This document shows, piece by piece, positions 13,405 through 24,660 of a stretch of 64,000 nucleotides of DNA. Position 1 is the stretch's first letter; the number at the start of each line of letters is the position of its first letter. The stretch is from Octopus vulgaris (Eukaryota). The position numbers were made by a program, and so were the translations under genes. The DNA is taken from the NCBI GenBank assembly GCA_951406725.2, contig OX597836.1:47864001-47928000 (forward strand), read 5' to 3'. The notes beneath the pieces are model-generated. The model searched no databases, was not told the DNA's origin, and was given only the letters and a program-made list of their open reading frames with translations.

Positions 13405-14489
13405 CGATTGTCCATCTATTTGTCCAAGATAACAGTCCTTTACCACATTCTTCTAGATATTGCCTTTTTCTGCTTCATTGCATGCTAGATCAGGTATGTG
13501 ATTGGTCAGTCGGTCGGTTGGTTGGTTTTTGATTTTGTTTACATCCAATAGGTGTTTACATGTGTTTATTACATTGTTGACGATCTTGTAGTTAATGTGT
13601 GAAAAACCATTAGGAGTAAACTTGGGGTTTTTCTCTTCTTCTTAACACACACAGAGTACATCCGAAAGCGATTGGTTTTGAGTACACAACATGTCTGAGT
13701 GAACTACATACGTCTGACCGGTTTGTAGTGAACTTTCATTACAAATGTAAGGTTTATATGAAATTCAGACGTTGGTACTCTGAACATCTGGAACGTGCTT
13801 TTCTTATGTAATAATTTTATGCTCATGTTACAAAAATGTGAAGAACCCTGGGAAATTTAAGTGATTGTTATGACTGAGTGGGTGATACCTAAAGATTAGT
13901 TTTATTATTCAGTTGGTTGTAGTGTATTTATTTATAGTCAAATTATTTTTAAAATTGCTAATATTGCAAAAACAAAAAAAGATTTAGTTTCTTTTTTTTT
14001 TTTCTTTTACATTATTGTATGTAAATAGTCATTTGTGCTAAAAATAATGTCCCTGTGTGATTGTTAATTTCCTTGGTCTTTTTGTAGCATTTTGATTATG
14101 AAATTTACTGGTAAACTTAGTTACTCCTTTCTGAAACAACATAAAATTGGAAAACAAAAAAAAAACCCCAACAAAACTGAAAATAAATTGCAATATTTCA
14201 GTACCACCTGTCAATTTTAATAGTAAATGTTATAAAATGTAAACATGATAGGAGAACGGATTAAAGTTTTCTCCCTTAGATTAGAAACTTCTTAACAAAA
14301 TGTCATATGTAAAAATAAAAAAATCTCATCTGCAGCAATTATTTTACACTAAAAGTTATTCTTTATTTAGAATAATTTTCTAGATAAAATACTCTACAAA
14401 ATAATACATTTATAAAAATATTGTATAGAAAACTTAAAGTAAGAGGTAAATTTAATATTAAATTTGTTTGATGAACAGTTGTTTTTATA

Positions 14490-14830
14490 TAATAATAATA
14501 ATGAAATTATTGTATACAGTGCTCAGGTGCACCACAACTTGTCAAAAGTGCATATAAAGCAATGTACAAATGTCTGGAAAGCGAATAGTGTATGAGTCAC
14601 ATACATGCTTACGTGTGTATGGAGGGGAGAAAATCAGGTGTAGTGTTGGCGAATCTCAGGAAGCATGGAAGTTTTGAAGGATGCAGTGCTCCGACAACTA
14701 ACAACTGATGCCAGCAGTTTGTTCCATACTTCAGCAACTCTTATTGTGAAAAAATGTTTCCGAAAGTCATGGGAGGTGTGCTGTTTTCTGACTTTGTAAA
14801 CATGTCCACGGGTGTTAGACGGGTGGAGTA
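14490..14830 (-). mobile_element. CR1-clade LINE 3' end
   Basis: TRGHVYKVRKQ…RKHFFTIRVAEVWNKL..SVV…FK is the CR1 ORF2 C-terminal signature; (ATT)n tail. Confidence 0.8.
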
Positions 14831-15082
14831 ATGTGCTACAGTGCGTGTGAGTGTTCTTGTGTCTTCTTGACTTTACATGCTTAAAGTAATGGGCAAAGTC
14901 GCAGTTTAGGCAGTATCTGCATTTATAAAAGCTTGTCAGTTCATTATACAAAGGACCAAGGGAATGGGTTGGCAACAGGTAGGGCATCCTTCTCTAGAAT
15001 ACTATCTCTGCAATGTCTCATCCAACTCTTGCTAACAGAGGAAAAGGGATCATAAAAACAGCAATGATTTTTTAATATTCTT

Positions 15083-15445
15083 TTATTCTTTTACTTGTTT
15101 CTGTCATTTGACTACGGCCATACTGAAGCACTGCCTGTAGTCGAGCAAATCGACCCCAGGACTTATTCTTTGTAAGCCTAGTACTTATTCTATCGGTCTC
15201 TTTTGCCAAACCACTAAGTTATAGGGGCATAAACACACCTGCATTGGTTGTCAAGCGATGTTGTGGGGGGACAAACATACACATATATATATATACACAC
15301 ACATACATACAATGGGCTTTTTTCAGTTTCCATCTATCAAATCCACTCACAAGGCTTTGGTCAGCCTGAGGCTATAGTAGAAGACACTTGCCCAAGGTGC
15401 CACGCTGTGGGACTGAACCTGGAACCTTGTGGCCACTCCTGCGCC
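15083..15445 (-). mobile_element. tRNA-derived SINE (family A)
   Basis: Paralogous to 13005-13404. Confidence 0.85.
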
Positions 15446-16469
15446 TATATACATGTATGTATGTGTGTGTATGATCCAGGGATTGAGGTGTAGGAAGAAA
15501 GGTAGCTTCAAGCAATCCGTAGTAAATATAAAAGAACAACTTTCAGGGACAATAGTGGTTTATTGAGATGGAAGGTTGTGAACTTTTTTCATATCAAAGT
15601 ACGATAAACTGAAAAAAGTTCTTATATTTCACGGTAGGTGACTAGGGTTTCCGGGAGTGCGAATAAGAAGACAAGAGTTATTGGAATGGTGTAGATAAGA
15701 TCCGGGCTACATATGTTTCATAGCAAGCGGAACCTCAGAAGTGGTAAATATGTGAGGTGTATACCGAAGACTACTCTTCAGGCCAAGGATATCTTGATTA
15801 AAAATCAAGACTTTTAATCAAGATCTTATCTACTCCATTCCTTAACTCTTGTGTGACATTTGAAAAGCAATGATTTGTCTTGGTCCTGACAAGATATGTC
15901 AGAAAGTCTTTGATGAATTATTTAAAGAGAGAAATAAAACTAGTCTTGTATAAGTCTAAAAATTGTTCCACTGTTTGAAATGTTACCATTTCTTGAAACA
16001 AAGCATTCCTTGGATCCCTCTATTCTTTACTCTGCTGTATAATTTTGTGAAGACTTTCTCAGCTGTTTTCAACATTTTGCCCAGGAGTTTCAGATTTCTA
16101 TAATTGCTGCTCTTTCTAGTTGATTAACTAAGCAGGTAATTAGCATGGTACCTACATTGCATGATGTTTTCAACATTTCAACAACTATCCTGATTGTTCT
16201 GCAGCTTTTCCTGCTTTTGTCTCCTTAATTTTGGTCCTTTTATTCGTGCTGATCTTTATATCCTTTACACTTACACTGTTTTGTTCTTTATGTAACAAAT
16301 AGGTGTAAACATAGAAGGAAAATTAATACAGTTTGTGTATTATTCATTTCAATAATTTATTTTATTAAAATTAAATATTTTTGGTATCATATACGAAGCC
16401 ATTCTTTTTTTTTATATAGTTATTATTATAGATTGCTTATATTAAAAATCTGAATGTTTGCAAAGAATT

Positions 16470-16694
16470 TTAATCCTTTAGCATTTAAATTGACCATATC
16501 CAGCCCAAATATTCTACATGTTGTGTGTTCAAACTGCCCAGATACAACTTCTCACACCTACCCTACACTGTCATTCTAAAAATCAACTGTCCCCTTGAAA
16601 TCTGAAAGCTACAAGATAATGCATGATTAACTCAAAACTATGATCTTAAATAAGTATTTCATTTGACAGATTAATCTCAGTGCTAAAGGGTTAA
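16470..16694. mobile_element. piggyBac-type MITE (family 1)
   Basis: TTAA|tcctttagca…tgctaaaggg|TTAA; paralogues at 45649 and 49246. Confidence 0.75.
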
Positions 16695-17688
16695 GCTGAC
16701 AGAGATTACGTTTCAGTTGGTGCAGAGTTTAAAACGATCTTGTTGCAGTTTAGTTCTCCTGTGATGGTTCCTGGCCAAATTGAATAAATACAAATGCACA
16801 TTTTGATTGTGGGTATTTCATTTTAAGTCTCTAATTAATGACAAACTGTTATCATTGCCACATTATTGTCTTATCCTTCCCTGCTGTAAACCTTTTTGCT
16901 GTATCACACTACAGAGTTCCTATTTCCTCTGAGCCCCTGACACAATCGGTAGCTACAAATTACTTTCTGTTCACTCTAAAACCCTTATTACAATTTGTGG
17001 TATCTGTGGATAGGCTAGAATTGAAACCAGATACCACTTTTTAGATATGTTTTCTACTTTGTTTATACTTTTTGTTTGTTATGTTTTTAATTATTTATTT
17101 TAACAGTTTTTCTAAGATCACATATTTTTTGTTTGATAGTATATTGAATGTTATTTATAATCATTATTTAATGAGTAGCTGTCTTTGCATCAACCACATA
17201 GAATAAATGCTAATTAATGTAAAGATGTATAATTCTCTATGTGAATATTTGAAATATGTGAAATATTATTTAATTATAAAATTAGTTTATGCAGCCACAA
17301 TATGTGATAATTAATCTAAATCAAACCAAATCGATAATTATATAGGAGTTTAGTCTTTGTCACACACCAGAACATTAAAAACTGGCCATTTTAATTTTAT
17401 ATATGTAGATTATTTTAGATGTTCTTAAAATTGTTTAAGACTAAAATAACATGTAATTCTTAGTTATCTTTAATTACCATTATTTGTTTGTATTTATGAC
17501 AATACTAGCTTAATAATAAATTACTTAGAAGCCATAATTATTTCTTAAAAATTATAGTTTACTATGAACTGTTACCATTTGAATTTTCAGTTCAGCAAAT
17601 TTTTAGATATTGGAATATCACTCTACATTAGAAGTTAAGAAATGAAATTCTAAGTTAACTGAAACCAGCATTTTTATGTACTTTTCAG

Positions 17689-17765
17689 GACCTGTTTATG
17701 TAATTGCTTTTCAGCAGTTTTACTTCGTTCCATGTGACTTAGTATATAAGTTTTTTTGAAATTTG
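17689..17765 (+). other. Candidate non-coding 5' UTR exon
   Basis: cttttcag| and TTG|gtgagt in non-repetitive sequence; has a stop in the downstream frame. Confidence 0.3.
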
Positions 17766-18879
17766 GTGAGTCTTACAAAATGTCCTTTTCGTTCTGTAAC
17801 TATATACGCACACACACTACACACACACACACACATACATACATTGTAGCAAGTAAACATGATTATATCCACCATTCTTAGGTATTACATCTTGCTTTTT
17901 TTGTTGACAAACTGAAATTATTTTGACTTTAGAGTAAATGTATGAATCAAGTTATGAGAATTATCATTAAAATTTGGCATAGATTAGACACCACTCTCAA
18001 TCAACTCATTTCTGATGTTTTAAAATTCTAATCGAGGTGACCCACCTTGTAATTCCCCAATTTGAATAAGTCTCGGCCGCTAATAGCTATTAACAGCTCC
18101 TCATCAATTCTTACAAGATGTTTATTTTTAGAATTTGATGCCTCTATATCAGAGCCATATCCATTAATTGCCTGCTTTATAATTACTCAATTTATAAATA
18201 GGAATGCTGTAAATATTTTACCTCATAGGATTCTTAAGACTATTGTTAGTTTTACAGTAAAATTCATTAAATTGTACAATAATTTTAGTGAACTAATTTT
18301 ATGTATAGTAATATTTAGAGACAGAAAGTTTTGTTTGTGTTTTTGTTTTAATCTTACATCAACTCTTTTGTGTTTATTTGTTTATGTATTTCAGTTGTTA
18401 ATTGCAAAACACATTGAAATTAGTCTGTTTAAATATATTTTGGTAATCTTAGGTTAAATATAAGAAAGATTAAATAAAACAGGCTGAGTTATTGAGGTAC
18501 CACCGGCTAACGTGGAATCAAGAACCAGTGACAAGGTGAAGCTGCCCTGCAAGCAGTGAATTAGAGGGTGGGATAGAATGCCTTGTTGTGTTAGTTCTGA
18601 CTCTGAGTTTGTATCCTAATGAGATCAGTTTTGTCTTTCGTCCATCTGAGGTCAATAAAATAAGTACATACCAAGGGCAGTGGAATAGTTAATGTCACCA
18701 TGACCTTACCAAGGTGCTAGATTTAACCCTTTGCTTAGTTGCACACCACCATCTGGCACCTTAGTTGCCTTTAGCAGAGGAATCCACTCATTTGTAAGTA
18801 TTCAGGTCAAGTCTCCAGTTTGAGGAGACCTCCCTCCCCTCTTGATTTTAAATGAATCCTAACATCAGCTTCCAGAAAC

Positions 18880-19300
18880 AAAGATATAAGGGTCCTAAAT
18901 GTGCAGCAGGTCTACAGTTTGGGCCATCTCTTCTGAACATAGTCTCCAATTAAAATTGACCAGACCAAGAACTGTTCCATACAGTTGTAGCCATGAATAT
19001 GAAAGTGAGACAAGACACCCTCTAAAAGTAAGACTAGCAGAATACCATAAAATCTCTAAAAATAAGATGAGCAGAACATTGTAAAACTGTAATCTGAGTG
19101 GAGACAGAAAATTCAGGCATGACTGATCATCTCTGGAGGGAAATGGGACAAAGTCAAAATAACGGTTATGAAGATAAAATGACTAAAAGACTCTACAGAT
19201 GTGCAGGGCTTCAGGAAGCTTCTCAGGAGGCTGGACATAGAGATAAGCACCGCAAGGAAACCTCAAATTCAGGGAAAAGAACACTAAATCTACAACTGTA
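18880..19300 (+). mobile_element. Degenerate Penelope-like GIY-YIG fragment
   Basis: YSCSHEY..ET.HPLKVRLAEY…SGMTDHLW. Confidence 0.55.
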
Positions 19301-20049
19301 AAAGAAAAAAAAATATCTAAACATCTTAATTTCCATGACAGTAGTGTCCTATGGGACAATGGTATTCTGAATATAAGCATTGTTAGTAGTAGAACTTATA
19401 GGCTGCTTAAGTAGCCTACTTATGTTTGTCAAGCTAATACACGCATTGAAATATGACTGATTAACCACATCGTACATAGAGGAGCGGCTAATACTTAGGA
19501 TGTCCATGATGTGGACAAAGGAATGAGAACAATCCAACCCCTGTGGATTTAATTGAGGGTTCAGTAACAAATTCTGAGAATGTAACCTTTTTCTGAAACC
19601 TAGTAGGGGTCTGTGATTCTTACCACTAATACTTAGTTGAGTTTGGAGCAGTCATCTGACTTGCGAGTTCCTGTCAAACCATCCGATCCTTGCCAGCATG
19701 GAAAACGGATGCTGGATGGTGATGGTGATGACCTACAAGCAAAGAGTCTCAGGCTTGTATAAGGGTTGGAATGGTTTTTGTACCATTTTTAGTGGCATAT
19801 CTCCTGCACTGAACATTCCTGATTGCATCACAGCCCAGGTCACTCCTGCACCCTGGCTCTGTTTATTGTTGTTTGTCTTCATACATTGGGCCACTTTGAC
19901 TTCTAGAACTATCCACGACTCATCTCTCCTTGGCTGAACTCTTTACTCTCTGCTTCTTTGGACATCATACGAAGCGGGGTGGGGTGAAGTGGAGGCATGG
20001 TGATGTGTCCGGCTGACCTCTATAGGACTGAAATACTGCAATAATTCTC

Positions 20050-21330
20050 GAACATTCTCTTTTACTGTGTCCTTCTTACCCCATTTTGCTTCCAACAACA
20101 CTCTCCCTCCACCACCTGTTAATTCATCCCTTCCACCTTTCTACTCCCTACAGCCGCCAATTTCATCATCTGCACCACCACCCCCCACATCTTCATATAC
20201 TTCTCCCCAAGGTCTATAAACCTGACAACATCAACCATGCTGTTGTCTCTGCCTGCTTCAACACTTTTGCACCTTTCATTGCTTCTTTGCCTGACTCATT
20301 TTCACCATAGAAACTAATGCTTTATATATTGTCATGCTTCATGAGGAGGGCCTCTGTGCTCTCTGGAACTTTCTTCACTTCTGCACCACTCACTTTCCTC
20401 TGTCTAGCAGAACTTGTTCTCACTCTTAGCTGTTTCTCCTTTGCTGTAGTGGCCAATGACACAAGAATGGGTCCCAGCTATGCCAAAATATTTCTAAGTT
20501 ACATTGGTCCCAAATCTTTTCCCAGTTCACAGGTTCCGCCCCATTTCATCTCCTCCAACTTTCCTCAATTTCCTTGACATTACTATCTCTATCCACCTCT
20601 CCACTTCTGTTTTCTATCAACATGTCAAATCCTGCTCTTTCTTTGATTTTTTTCCCCCTTCCAACCCACCCTTACCAAGCATGTCATTCCTTATTCCCAG
20701 TTCCTCTCTGTCTCTCTATCACTTCTGCAATCAGACCCGTGACTTTAAGATGCAACTTCAACACCTGTCCCTAATTCAACAGTTATTCACCCACCCTTAT
20801 CCTTTTCGTATCCATGCCATTGCTCACACCTCACCTTTACCCTCCACATTCAGAACCTGATGCACTGCATTCCCTCCCCATCTATCATCTCCTACTCTGC
20901 CCCTAAAAACAATGCACCATCCTTTGCTTCTTCTACTGCCAATCTGGCCCCATCACCTCTCATTTCTTCACTCTCATCCATTCCTTCCTTTATGTGGGTC
21001 CACAGCTCCTCCTTTCCCACATCTCATCCCACTCTTACATGCCTTCCTGCTCCCATCCACACTGCTATTTGTGATGTCTTTCTGCTGTATTTCCAACAAC
21101 CTCATATATGCTTTCCAATGTTTCTTCCGCAATTTGATTTACTTTAGACAAACCAGCTGACAGGGTCCCTTGTCTCTCAACAGTTCTACTTGGTTGATTA
21201 CCCCATACAACATCTCAATCTTTGATGTGGCCTTCAGCACCAGATCCTCCCCCACCACTTGGTTTCGGAGGAAACAGGAGCTCATCTTCTTTCTCAACAC
21301 ATACAACCTTTCATCTAAATTTCTGAATTC
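20050..21330 (+). mobile_element. Older, degenerate Penelope-like element
   Basis: LAELVLTL..FSF…TRMGPSYA and FLDITI; C-rich composition like 9600-10560. Confidence 0.7.
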
Positions 21331-22517
21331 ATCTCCTCACTTTTTCTAACTATTTAACTATCAGCTTTGCCATGCACACACACGCACGCACGCACACATG
21401 CATGCACAGAGGCATACTCATACATGCAGTCCACTTCAGCCTGTCATCTCTTCGTGACTGTTTAGCTTGCCCTCCACCATAATGCTTCTCCGATGGCTTC
21501 CTTGCCCTTGCTGTCTCTTCTTTCAAAAAATACTAATTTTGTTCTGTCTGCTATTTTCTGTCTCCTTGTACAAAGCATATTGTATGATTAAGTGGTTTGC
21601 TTCCCACTCACATGGTTTTGGGTTCAGTCTCACTGCATAGCACCTGGGAAAGTGTCTCCTACTACAGCCTTAGGTTGACCACAACTTTGTGAGTAGATTT
21701 GGTTGACAGAAACTGTAAGAAGCCTGTGGTATGTATGCATCTAATATGTATGTTTATGCTGCTCTCTTCCAATCCCACCTTACCACTCCATTACTTTACC
21801 TCTCCCCTCTTGGCAGGACTTCCATCTCTTCATCACAGCATATTCTCTCCTGGTTTATCTCCATTAACACCCAACTCTCTCCTTACCTTTATTTCCTTTC
21901 CATACCTGTCCTTACACCTCTACAATGCCCTCTAGCCTTTCTTTCCTTTGCTGCATCCACCTACTGTTTTTCTTCTCTTGCCCCCTTCTCTCTCTCTCTC
22001 TCCCCCCATAATCTCCACTGCTTCCCCATTTCAGATGCTTTTGTTACATTTGCAATATGCTCTTTTCCCCCCTGTCCCTATGCATATGGCTGTTAAGCTG
22101 ACAAACAACAGAGAAAGATGTGTACAGCAAAGTGCAACATGGCAAAGAAAGAATCTTGGTGCACTTGTGCAAGGTGCCATGTTGTGGGGACTGACTGCAT
22201 TTGACATTTTGTGATTGTGAAGTAAACTTTTTAACCACACAGCCAGCATCAGCATCAGCATCAACACACACATGCATGCACACGCATGCACACACACACA
22301 CAGGCATAAACTTACATGTGTGTGTATTTGCTTTATAATAACCTATTTATATCATAAACATTGAAATATAATGTGTATTCCTTTCCCTAATAAACATGTT
22401 ACTGGTGCTTTTCCTGGAACATTTCCTCGTAAAAATTTAAGAAAAGCTACATTTAGATTTATTGAATGGTTTGTTTTTTATTTTTTATTTTTCATTTGAC
22501 ATTTTTGTTTCAACTAG

Positions 22518-22616
22518 AATTGAGGGTTTGTTACAATGTACACTCATTCATACGGCCTTCTCCCTGTCTACCCTGATTGATCAGAATTCAACTTATAATT
22601 TTGTATCTCAGTTTGG
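22518..22616 (+). other. Candidate upstream 99-nt exon (5' UTR or coding; open in frame with exon A)
   Basis: caactag| and GG|gtaagt; phase 2-2; reads IEGLLQCT…VSQFG into exon A with no stop, but has no in-frame ATG. Confidence 0.4.
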
Positions 22617-22958
22617 GTAAGTATATTTTAAATTGATTTTGCCACTAACCTCCTCTCCTTTTTATATATGATTCTTGCTAACATAGAATTGGTTTTGTTC
22701 CATCGCATGCAATGTTGTTAGAAGCTTGGCCCCTAAATAAGACAAACCCTTGGACTAGTCATACTGGAATTTAGTTGTTAAAATTAGGTGCTAGATCAAG
22801 TATCTGGTATTCTGGTATAGGCAGGATTTTATTTTAAAGATTGGTTTGAATTCAGTTTTGACTAAAGCTTTTAAATTATTTTAAGGTACTTTAAAATATT
22901 TGTATGTTACATTTGCAAAATTATTGATTAATAACAGGATTTCTTATATTATTTTTAG

Positions 22959-24660
22959 GAGTAATAATGTTCGAAGATCTCAACGCCAAACAAGAGCGCT
23001 GATTGTATCGGAAAGCAATATTAGACGAGGGCGGTCTTCCAAGAAGCTGTCAGCCAACACTGATTACAGTGATATCAATAAAGAGGAATCCATTTTAGGA
23101 ACAAGAACTAGAAATTGCTACAGAAAAAGTACAACAAATAGTGCTTTAAAAAACAGCAGTTCGGTTCTGAGAAAAAGCGAAGAACAAAATATCTTTGAGG
23201 ATAGTGAAGAAGATGATTTCAGTAAGCAGTCGGAAACCTCAGATCAACCTGAGGAAGACACATCTCGCAGTTTGCGTATGCAGCTGCTTCAGGCTAGAAT
23301 GATGGAAGGTTCTGATTTATATACAAAACGTCAGCCGAAGAGCCGAAAATCTAGCAAGGCTTCTCGAGAAAGCTCATCCAGTTTTACTTCTGTTGAAGAA
23401 AAGAAACACAAGAAAAAGTCTAAGAAAGTTACCTACTGTGTGTCAAGTATAAAACTTGAACAAGGTTCAGAATTTGATAATCTGAAATCCGTTCAGCAAA
23501 ACAATGATACACGTTCCTTTCCTGCCACTCCTGCTCTGACTCTAAGACTGTCGAAATTACAACCTGAAAAATGGCTACGAAAGAGTGATTTAATAAACGA
23601 AGGCAAAGACTCTGCTGCTTCTCATGACAACAGCAAGAGCAGCGTAAAATTGAAGCACTTAAAAAAAAATAAAAGTGGTGGCCGAGAATACAGCCCAAGC
23701 AGTCCTTCTACTTCAAATACTTCAGATGATACCATTGAAAATGTCCCAAACATGGAAGTAAATCAGTCAGATTGTAGCAGTGGTAGTGAAGATGATTCCG
23801 TTTCTAATCATGACAATCAAACTAAAGACGACAGAGTCAAAAGTAACTATGTGTCCAAACCAATTGGTCAGAATTCCAAAGAGAAATTGTTTACTGAAAA
23901 AGGGAAAACACCGTTAAAGCTCAGTGTCAGGATTAAAAAAACTGACATGTCTTTAATTACTGAAAAGGGATCAAGGTTTAGCCCTTCTAGTGCTTCTGAT
24001 AAGCAGAAAAAATATGAAAATGTTTCTAGTGGTGAGAGTACAGAAATTGAAGAATACAATGACATAGCCGTTGACCCTGGGGACAGCAGTCCTTTGCACA
24101 AACCGGTTAGTTTAAATGATAATGAAATCACTAAAAAAACTGACAGTGTCAAAAGTTCTTCTCAGAAGAGTCGTCTGAATGTTGAAAAGTCGTCTCGTAA
24201 AGGCGGAGACGACAAGACTTCAAAAGCAAGTGATAATGAAGGTAGTAAATCAGTAGATGGGTATTCTTCTGTTCCTTCAGTGAAAGAGGAAACTGACTTA
24301 ATAGATTCTGATCTTCAGAATTCCTCACAGAAACGAAAACCTGGGAGAACCAAAAGAGTCCCCCAGATTAGTCTCACCCCTTTAGAGCTTTTAGATGATG
24401 CTAATCTTATATGGCCCAAACAATCAGTTGATTCTGAAAGTGCTTCTTCAAAACGCTCCAGAAAGAAGCAGTCAGGATTTAAACATTATGATGCTGCCAC
24501 TCCTCGTCGTAAGCAAAAATCCCCACGCAGAATCATTGTAAATGTTGATCAGAACAGCATGTATGACAATGAGATAGATTCTAACTATGATGTAGGGGAT
24601 GAAGCATTAGAGGATACAGATGGCCATACAGAAGATAAAACTAGCAACAAGAAGTCTGAG
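22959..24660 (+). CDS. GTF3C2: Exon A: 1702-nt exon, Ser/Lys/Asp-rich disordered N-terminal region
   Basis: Core of the 602-aa ORF; acceptor tttttag|G at 22958/9, donor GAG|gtaagt at 24660; first in-frame ATG at 23278. Confidence 0.85.

Noticed and set aside
12939-13432. Recurrent ORFs such as MTTDAGVFMSP… and MSSNARGTNTD… (also ~53100-53700 and ~58450-58850)
   Set aside because: They are chance translations of SINE family A copies, not genes.
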